A stretch of DNA of 64,000 nucleotides from assembly GCA_965204725.1 (NCBI GenBank), contig OZ242005.1:2976001-3040000 (forward strand). Reading direction: 5' to 3'. The translations under genes and the position numbers were made by a program. The first letter of the stretch is position 1; the number at the start of each line of letters is the position of its first letter. The notes under the pieces are model-generated. The model ran no database searches. It saw only the letters and a program-made list of their open reading frames with translations, and was not told the DNA's origin. Of the stretch, positions 48,126 through 54,916 are shown piece after piece. This DNA is from Candidatus Latescibacterota bacterium (GTDB taxonomy: Bacteria > Latescibacterota > UBA2968 > UBA8231).

Positions 48126-49481
48126 TCAGTCAGCCGCCTCGCGCACATCCACTTGGCCGGTGACTACATCGGCGATCAGGCGCGTGCGGTATTCGCTCAA
48201 CAATTCGATCTCCCGCCGGGCGCGGGCCATGGCGGCGTCGATGGCGGCGGTCTGTTTGTCCAAATACGCGGCGATGGCGGCTTGCTCGGCGAGGGGTGGA
48301 ATGGGCAAAAGTGCGGATTTGATGGCATGATGAGACAAGCCATAGCGAGTTACCCCGTTGGCCGCTAGGTGAAACTGAGAAGCAATCGCCGAACTCTGTA
48401 AAGAATGAAAAAGATACGCACCGTTGAGCACAGCCCTCAAAGGACGAAGCAAGGCCAAATGGTAGCCGCAAACCAAGTCTTTAGCCGAATACTCAACGAA
48501 GGCAGGCACCCCAATGTCGTTCCATACTTCCGAATCTTTGGTAATCAGAACGTCGCCGAGTTCTAACCGAAAGCGAGCCATTTCGTCCGCCTTAGCCGTG
48601 GCTCGCATAAACGGCACACTCTCGGTAATGCGGTCGTTTTTGTACACGTCAACATAATTGCAAAGTCGGACGGGAAGTTCGTCGTCTTTGCTATGTTTAT
48701 CAACGTTACTCACTCGCATATTGACCGCGTGTCGCAGCCGCCGCACTTCCCAATGTGCGGGCACATCGCCTAGCCACTCGACGCCAGAGGGCTTGAGGGG
48801 CACATCCGGGTCAAGTCCGCGTGTGACCGCCTCGTGGATAACGGCCTGCCGATACTCTTTGAGCAACTCGATGAGCCGTTCCCTGCTGCGGAGGTAGCGG
48901 CGGATGCGTCCGTCGGTGTGGTCGAGGTAGCGGACGATGGCGGCTTGTTCGGCGAGAGGTGGGACAGGGAGTGGGTAGTTGGCCACGAATGCCTGCGGTA
49001 CGCGTTGTTGACCGGCTGCACCCGTCATCGCCTCAGCACCGGAATGTCGAAATGGTGCAAGAGTGGTCAGGCGGTACAGAAACTGTGAGGAGATAGACGA
49101 TCCCGCTCGTAAGACGTGAAATTCCGTTGAACCGAAACCGATTTCCGTAGATAAGGCGCGAAGACACGCGCCCTTGCCATTCTCAAAGCACGGGGTGATT
49201 TTGGCAACAAGAACATCGTCTCGGCGGAAATAAGTAAAGCCGTTCCAAACGTCAGAAGCAGAGACCATTTTCTCATCTATTTCCCCATCGGTCCCTACTC
49301 GCTCCATGGGAAGAAACGTCACCGGCGTATCTGCTGTAAGGAATGTACGCGCTTCGGTCCTGCTCGGGTTCAATGAGGCGACCCACTTCAACCGCCGCAC
49401 CTCCCAATGCGCCGGCACTTCGCCAAGCCACTTGACGCCGGAGGGCTTGTAGGATGGGTAGGGTTTCAGGTTCGTAGTCAC
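48126..49481 (-). CDS. hsdS: Type I restriction-modification specificity subunit (copy 2)
   Basis: Same conserved blocks as copy 1. Different N-terminal TRD (AKITPCFENGK, GSTEFHVLR, GAAGQQRVP). Confidence 0.93.
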   Translation of the reverse strand: MTTNLKPYPSYKPSGVKWLGEVPAHWEVRRLKWVASLNPSRTEARTFLTADTPVTFLPMERVGTDGEIDEKMVSASDVWNGFTYFRRDDVLVAKITPCFENGKGACLRALSTEIGFGSTEFHVLRAGSSISSQFLYRLTTLAPFRHSGAEAMTGAAGQQRVPQAFVANYPLPVPPLAEQAAIVRYLDHTDGRIRRYLRSRERLIELLKEYRQAVIHEAVTRGLDPDVPLKPSGVEWLGDVPAHWEVRRLRHAVNMRVSNVDKHSKDDELPVRLCNYVDVYKNDRITESVPFMRATAKADEMARFRLELGDVLITKDSEVWNDIGVPAFVEYSAKDLVCGYHLALLRPLRAVLNGAYLFHSLQSSAIASQFHLAANGVTRYGLSHHAIKSALLPIPPLAEQAAIAAYLDKQTAAIDAAMARARREIELLSEYRTRLIADVVTGQVDVREAAD

Positions 49482-49696
49482 TTTACTATCCTAAGTCACA
49501 GCAATTTTCAAGGCAGGTCATACAATTTGCGTATTTATGCCAGAAAATACTGAGTTCACGACGATGAGCGGTCAATCAAGGGTATTCGACGAGGGTGATT
49601 ATAGATGCTTGTGAAGATGTACTCTCCGGGTTACAGATACTCATAATGCTTAGGCTCACAGTGATCGATTGTGACGTTCATCTGCTTCGATGCCTG

Positions 49697-50617
49697 TCAG
49701 TCAAAGGATAAATCGTCAGCTATATCTTCAACTGTCTTTCGGTGCGCTTCTGATTGCTGGAGGCGCCTTTCGCTTTCCCTACGCTTGTGTTCGAGGCTGT
49801 TGGCCTCCTCCACGTTCGCTCTATCAACACATAGCATCAGTGTCTTGCGATGATACTTCTTAACTTCTTCGATTGTAGTCCCATCTAGTACGATCTTCGC
49901 GCCGGAAACTCTGGCAATGCCTGGACGATGCATAGAGGTGAAACTTGGGGGGGAATTCCAAGTTTGCACAAAGATACCAGACCATAGGGATGAAGGTTCC
50001 CGATTAAGTCTGAAAGGTACGGTGTAAAGAGCGGAGCCCGGTGTACCATCCAGTGTCGGTTCTGTAACTTCATCAACGATGACATCAACAATTTTAATCG
50101 GTTCGTCCGACGGTGATTCCTCCATAGGCTCCGAGTAGGCGGGCCGAGACGAGGTTTGAAGTGGCGGAGCGACAGGTCTTTCCCCTAGTAGCGTAACTAT
50201 AAGATCAGGATAGTTTTTCTTGTATTGTTCCGGCGTACTCAAATCAATATAGCATTTCCCTTTCAGCCATGATGGGGCTGAATCTTTCCACTTATCACGG
50301 GCAAGAATTGGGATGAACTTACGGTGATTGCTTTGATTAAGCACTTCACTAGTCATGATATCTCCCTCATATCCAACACCACCCCGTCTTTCGTCTGACT
50401 TTATCCGATAGTTGGGCGTACAGATGATCAAAACATAATCATTTTCTCGTATCTCTTTTTCCATGAAGGCTGGGAATTGATCGCCAGGAGCAGTATGCCA
50501 CTGATCTAGAATCGTCTCGACTCCATCGGCGCGAAGTTTGGTCGCCAAGTCTGCAACCCACTTCTTGTGAGAATCACCATCCCATGAATAAGATATGAAG
50601 GCTTTTGGAGCACCCAT
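49697..50617 (-). CDS. SEFIR/TIR-domain protein with an uncharacterised C-terminal domain
   Basis: KAFISYSWD...HKKWVADLA.KLR.DGV..ILDQW, VLIICTPNY, GGVGYE. Confidence 0.87.
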   Translation of the reverse strand: MGAPKAFISYSWDGDSHKKWVADLATKLRADGVETILDQWHTAPGDQFPAFMEKEIRENDYVLIICTPNYRIKSDERRGGVGYEGDIMTSEVLNQSNHRKFIPILARDKWKDSAPSWLKGKCYIDLSTPEQYKKNYPDLIVTLLGERPVAPPLQTSSRPAYSEPMEESPSDEPIKIVDVIVDEVTEPTLDGTPGSALYTVPFRLNREPSSLWSGIFVQTWNSPPSFTSMHRPGIARVSGAKIVLDGTTIEEVKKYHRKTLMLCVDRANVEEANSLEHKRRESERRLQQSEAHRKTVEDIADDLSFD

Positions 50618-50691
50618 GAGTTGTTATTCCTTCTCTCAATGCTAATTTCAAATGAATTACTTAAATAAAAAAAGATTGCATAGCCTAAGAA

Positions 50692-52164
50692 TCAAGACCT
50701 CCGAAATATCCTATCGAAAAGCTTGACGACATAACGCCAAATCCCACGCCATATAGATTGCGGCGGCTCCGTGTATTTTTCCTCTACCAAATAGGGTGGG
50801 TTTTCCTCATCCCCCTGTGCGCGACGCTGACGGAAAGAGCAATAGGGATGGCATTCGTCATTGATAATCCGCGTCTCGGCGGTCACAAATTGGTAGTCCT
50901 GTTGCCGCACTAACGGCCACCACTCCTCGGCGAGCAGGTAGCGAAGCATCAAATTCACCTCCATCCCGGCAACGCCCACGCTGAAAGGAAATACATTTTG
51001 ATTGCCGACCCGCTCTTCAGGCGGCAAGTTGTTGACGTAAGACGGATCATCGAGTGACCCGTCCAATTCCACAACCACCATACTCGAATTGTATTGTTTG
51101 CTGCAACGCAGACACTGATGATAGGGCGTAACGAGGTGTGTGCGCCAATGCGCTGAAAACAGACTGTCTTTGCGGCGGTCTGTTTCCACTGCGATCCCGC
51201 CATCAATAACCGGAATCAAATGCGCTTGTGCGAGATAGTTTAAGACATCGCGGGCAACTGGCCGGTCAACACAACTAAAAAGAAGATCGCAATCCAACGC
51301 GGCCTTGTAAGCCTCGCTGTTGTGAACCGAAACCGGCAAAGCCGTTATTTGGATGCTTTCAGCCGTCGCATTGCGCCGCATCGCTCGGGCTGCCAAATCG
51401 ACTTTTAATTCACCGATGTCGTGTACTGTTCCGTAGAGCAAGCGGTCGAGATTGTGCTCCTCAACTTTATCGGGGTCGATCAGAGTAACTTGTGCGATTC
51501 CAATTCGAGCCATGGCCTCGGCGACGATGCACCCGACGCTGCCAAGTCCGACAATGCCGATCTTCAAACGTGAGATCGTATTCTGCGATTCGCGCCCCCA
51601 CGTATCAAAAGTGCGCCTGAGTATATCCCTCCGTAGTGGGGGCGGCGCAATGTCGTCGTTAAAATAAATTTTGTAGGACTGCGGCCCGACAACGCGGACC
51701 TTCTCGCACCAATGGCGACGCATCTCCCCGCCATCTCTCTCCCAAAAACGCGCACTCCAGCAACCGTCGGTCCCGATTGTCAGCCCTACCAACGGCAAGC
51801 CGGTCGCTCCCGCCGGATACGCTAGAACATCTCGCTCTGCTTCGACATCGGCAGCACTCATTCCCTGCCATCCATCGCTTGGATGGCTGTGCATAAACGC
51901 CAACCCCGCCCTTTTTTTCAGGGCTATTTTCATCGCCCGTGCGAGGTACGCAGGCTCGAAACTAACGTTGCCGTGCAGCAGTCGCTCGCCTTCTTGGGGT
52001 AGGATGATTTCGTCTATCAGCGCGGTGCGGCGCAGCTTGCCTGTAGAGGGGTGCCACAGAGCAAAGCACAGATCTTCTTGGGGCGTGTCGCGCTTGTAGT
52101 GTTGTAGTAAGTGATCGTTGGAAGTTGAATCCGCCTCTGCGGTGAGAACGGCCTCGACCCTCAT
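50692..52164 (-). CDS. JAB-peptidase / ThiF (E1-like adenylyltransferase) fusion
   Basis: E...HSHP.....MSAAD JAB motif; GIVGLGSVG, DPDKVEEHNLDR, SCVD, CLRC and CHPYC. ATGA overlap with the upstream gene. Confidence 0.88.
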   Translation of the reverse strand: MRVEAVLTAEADSTSNDHLLQHYKRDTPQEDLCFALWHPSTGKLRRTALIDEIILPQEGERLLHGNVSFEPAYLARAMKIALKKRAGLAFMHSHPSDGWQGMSAADVEAERDVLAYPAGATGLPLVGLTIGTDGCWSARFWERDGGEMRRHWCEKVRVVGPQSYKIYFNDDIAPPPLRRDILRRTFDTWGRESQNTISRLKIGIVGLGSVGCIVAEAMARIGIAQVTLIDPDKVEEHNLDRLLYGTVHDIGELKVDLAARAMRRNATAESIQITALPVSVHNSEAYKAALDCDLLFSCVDRPVARDVLNYLAQAHLIPVIDGGIAVETDRRKDSLFSAHWRTHLVTPYHQCLRCSKQYNSSMVVVELDGSLDDPSYVNNLPPEERVGNQNVFPFSVGVAGMEVNLMLRYLLAEEWWPLVRQQDYQFVTAETRIINDECHPYCSFRQRRAQGDEENPPYLVEEKYTEPPQSIWRGIWRYVVKLFDRIFRRS

Positions 52165-52532
52165 ACGTCCTTCCAAATTCGCCGCAAGTGTTCGTTTATG
52201 TAGGCATACATGTGATTTGTCGGTAACTGATCCCATATATCCCCCGGGGGTCTGCTCATTGCGAGCCATTCGCGCCCATTGGCGTTGTATCTTTCAACCA
52301 CGCCGCCTCTCCCGTCGTCAATTGGCGGGGTTATATGGATCCAGTGGGGAGGGTAGTCAGGATACCCAGTCTCTTGAAAGCTGACGCCTACCGCGACTTG
52401 CTCGCCTTTGTGAGAGCCGGTTTCAATCGTGTAGTCAAACGAAACTACTTTTCCGCGTGGGCTATCAGACCACGATGTTTCATACCCCAAGGCTTCCAAC
52501 TCAGCCTTTATCCGATTGATGTCGTCGGACAT
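52161..52532 (-). CDS. Prokaryotic E2/UBC-like protein lacking cysteine
   Basis: GYPDYPPHWIHI (UBC-like YPxxPP), WLAMSRP, HL near the C-terminus. Lies between the Ubl and JAB-E1 genes. Confidence 0.68.
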   Translation of the reverse strand: MSDDINRIKAELEALGYETSWSDSPRGKVVSFDYTIETGSHKGEQVAVGVSFQETGYPDYPPHWIHITPPIDDGRGGVVERYNANGREWLAMSRPPGDIWDQLPTNHMYAYINEHLRRIWKDV

Positions 52533-52542
52533 TCTTCTTTGC

Positions 52543-52779
52543 CTATGCTACTGGCGTGGGCTTATTGGGAATCGTAATGAATAGGTTATCCTCCTCCAGA
52601 TCGACCCAGTCACCCCAGCCATACTGCCCTTTGGCACCCTGCAGAAGGTAATCCTTCAGCCTACCGGGGATGGCTCCATTCTTTTCAGCGAGCTCCAGAA
52701 TATCGTGGGCGACGACTCCTATATACGACGTGGTCATTTCAATGCCGTTTACTTTGAGCGTGAATTCTTTTTCAGCCAT
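52543..52779 (-). CDS. Small ubiquitin-like (beta-grasp, multi-ubiquitin-type) protein
   Basis: 78 aa, FTLKVNG...DILELA...DYLL...VDL....FIT pattern, flexible PNKPTPVA tail. RBS AGGAGG. First gene of the E2/E1/JAB operon. Confidence 0.68.
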   Translation of the reverse strand: MAEKEFTLKVNGIEMTTSYIGVVAHDILELAEKNGAIPGRLKDYLLQGAKGQYGWGDWVDLEEDNLFITIPNKPTPVA

Positions 52780-52810
52780 TTTGGGCCTCCTGACGTTAGT
52801 TATCTCAGAC

Positions 52811-52858
52811 AGTAACACTCAGTACTGTACTGTAACAGATACTATACTAGAGTGTCAA
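52811..52858 (-). promoter_or_regulatory. Sigma70 promoter of the Ubl operon, overlapped by an imperfect inverted repeat
   Basis: Minus strand TTGACA-N18-TACAGT with extended TGn; ACACTC-AGTA...TACT-A-GAGTGT (52815-52855). Confidence 0.6.
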
Positions 52859-52873
52859 GCTCGCCGATCATTC

Positions 52874-53112
52874 GCCATCGGCCCCGATGATCTCCGCGAG
52901 CACCGCTTCATTTTCGCGCTCCAACATTAGGGTGTCGGCGCGGATTCCGCTTCGGGAGCGCAGCGGTTGCGGCTTGTAAAAATGCCGGGATGTCTCTCGA
53001 CCGGGTAGGGGCTGAGGTTGATCTCTGGCGACAGGAATTTCTCAATGAGCGCGCCGAGCACATCGGCGTCGGACAAGCGCGGAATCTAGTTGCGAAACTC
53101 GAAGTTCTTCAA
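52874..53112 (-). pseudogene. hsdM: Internally deleted hsdM remnant
   Basis: 52874-52989 matches hsdM 39384-39499 and 52984-53112 matches hsdM 40998-41126. The pieces are joined at the shared GCCGGG. There is also a CAG>TAG stop. Confidence 0.9.
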
Positions 53113-53206
53113 TTGGTTAAATCCTTTACTAACTTCTGTTATAGAGCAGGCGCGATTGGCAAAGAATAGTCTCCAAAACGGCTTGCTGTTCGGCGTTGGG
53201 TTTCTG

Positions 53207-53344
53207 ATGGACTGGCAAACGCCCGTGGCCGTCGCCATTGCCGCGCTCGCCGCAGTGTATGTGTTGTGGCGTTTAGCGCGGCCTTTTTTCCGCAACCAAT
53301 CCCACCGCGACGAACCGCTGCAAATAGACGACTCAGACGACTAG
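53207..53344 (+). CDS. Small membrane protein resembling FeoB-associated membrane proteins
   Basis: MDWQTPVAVAIAALAAVYVLWRLARPFFR...LQI. Its ATG overlaps the TGA of a feoB-like ALGF* tail (TGATG). Confidence 0.62.
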   Translation: MDWQTPVAVAIAALAAVYVLWRLARPFFRNQSHRDEPLQIDDSDD

Positions 53345-54429
53345 CTGCGGGGTGACTCCGCTCGCCGCAAAAACCGCTTGCCCGCAAGCTGCTCTACTAG
53401 GCCGTCGAGTTCCAACCGCAGCAGCACGTCGAGCAGGGTCGCGGGCGGCAGGGTGCTGTTTTGGGCGAGCTCGTCGATGTGCTGGGGTTGGCGCGAGAGC
53501 AGGGCATAGACGCTGTCTTCTTCTGGGGGAAGAACGGGCGCGGGCGTGGGCGCATTTTGCGGGGCCGTCCAGATAGCCAATTCCTCTAGCACATCCTCCA
53601 CATCCTCGACCAGTTTCGCCCCGTCTTTGATGAGCCGGTGACAACCCGCGTTGCGGCCCGAACGCACATCCCCGGGCACGGCGAAAACCTCGCGGTTTTG
53701 ATCGAGTGCGTGTTGGGCCGTAATCAGCGCGCCGCTCTTTTGCGGGGCCGCGACGATGAGTACCCCCAAGCTCAGCCCGCTGATGATGCGGTTGCGGCGC
53801 GGGAAGGCCCCGCGCTCGGGCGGCGCCCCCCAAGCAAACTCGGAAACAATGGCCCCGCGCTCGCGGATTTGGCGATAGAGCGAGGCATGGGCACTCGGAT
53901 AGGCCACATCGGCCCCACAGCCCAACACCGCGATGGTGCGGCCGCCGGCCGCGAGCGCGGCCGCGTGAGCCGCGGCGTCAATGCCGAAAGCCAAGCCGCT
54001 GACGATGCAGACGCCGCGCCCCACTAGCTCGCGGGCCAGCTCGGCCGCGAGCTGCTTGCTGTCGCTCGATGCCCGGCGCGAGCCGACGATAGCCACCGTA
54101 GGAGGGGCCAAGTCGTCTGGACCCAGCGCGAACAGCACGGGGGGCGGCGCGGCGATTTGGCCGAGGAGTTGGGGATAGTTCGCGTCCTGCGGGGATAGAC
54201 AGCGCCCGCCGCTGGCGCAGAGCCGTTGCCATTGCTCGGCCGCCCAAGCGAAATCGTCCTGCGTCGGCCGCTGTTCGAGGGCGTTGGCTCCCACGGCCGC
54301 AGTCCAATCGGCCGCGTCGAGGGCCGCTTGGGCCGAGCCAAAGTGGTCGAGCAAACGCCGCACGCGCCCGAGCCGCTCGGCTTGGCTCAGCGCGAGTAGG
54401 GCCTGCACTTCGCGTTGGGACTCAGGCAT
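53341..54429 (-). CDS. dprA: DNA-processing protein DprA
   Basis: VAIVGSR, VSGLAFGID, FPRRNRIISGLS, KSGALITA, REVFAVPG, LLRLELDG. Confidence 0.95.
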   Translation of the reverse strand: MPESQREVQALLALSQAERLGRVRRLLDHFGSAQAALDAADWTAAVGANALEQRPTQDDFAWAAEQWQRLCASGGRCLSPQDANYPQLLGQIAAPPPVLFALGPDDLAPPTVAIVGSRRASSDSKQLAAELARELVGRGVCIVSGLAFGIDAAAHAAALAAGGRTIAVLGCGADVAYPSAHASLYRQIRERGAIVSEFAWGAPPERGAFPRRNRIISGLSLGVLIVAAPQKSGALITAQHALDQNREVFAVPGDVRSGRNAGCHRLIKDGAKLVEDVEDVLEELAIWTAPQNAPTPAPVLPPEEDSVYALLSRQPQHIDELAQNSTLPPATLLDVLLRLELDGLVEQLAGKRFLRRAESPRS

Positions 54430-54916
54430 TTTGGAATTTCTCCCGCAGGCGTTGCTCGATACAAGGGGGCACGAACTGGTTCAACTGCCCGCCCATTTGC
54501 GCCACTTGGCGCACGACCGACGAACTGAGATACATGTACTCGGCCTTGGTCATTAGAAAGACCGTGTCGAACTCTGGCCACAGCGAGCGATTGGTCAAGG
54601 CCATGGCGAACTCGTGCTCAAAGTCGGTGACCGCCCGCAGGCCCCGCACGGCCGTGCGTATGTTGTGCTGCCGCGCATAGTCAACGGTTAAGCCGTCGTG
54701 AAAATCGACGTTGGCTTGCGGCCAGTGGCTAATGGCCTCGGAGATCATCGCCCGGCTCTCCGCCAGCGAAAAGAGCGGCTTTTTGTTGGGATTGATCGCC
54801 ACCAGCAGGGTGACTTGGGAGAAGATGCCCAAGGCCCGTTCTAGAATGTTTAGGTGGCCCAAGGTGATGGGGTCGAAACTGCCGGGATAGATGGCTGCGT
54901 CTGCAAAGCGGTTCAT
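54422..54916 (-). CDS. coaD: Phosphopantetheine adenylyltransferase
   Basis: IYPGSFDPITLGH, VRGLRAVTDFE, LSSSVVR. Confidence 0.96.
   Translation of the reverse strand: MNRFADAAIYPGSFDPITLGHLNILERALGIFSQVTLLVAINPNKKPLFSLAESRAMISEAISHWPQANVDFHDGLTVDYARQHNIRTAVRGLRAVTDFEHEFAMALTNRSLWPEFDTVFLMTKAEYMYLSSSVVRQVAQMGGQLNQFVPPCIEQRLREKFQNA

Larger units (their letters stand above)
31983..53192 (-). mobile_element. Defence island (~21 kb) between feoB and its small companion gene; no integrase
   Basis: All genes are minus-strand defence, TA or R-M genes, with AT-richer patches. The feoB 3' end (ALGF*) is re-encoded at 53193-53207. Confidence 0.75.

Noticed and set aside
32552-49481. Invertible hsdS shufflon
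   Set aside because: Both hsdS genes are in the same orientation and complete, and no invertase or recombinase gene is present.
50692-52779. CBASS type II (Cap2/Cap3) or a ThiS/MoaD sulfur-carrier pathway
   Set aside because: There is no CD-NTase in the window. E2 is separate and JAB is fused to E1. The small protein lacks the C-terminal GG, and no thiamine, Moco or cysteine-synthesis genes are nearby.
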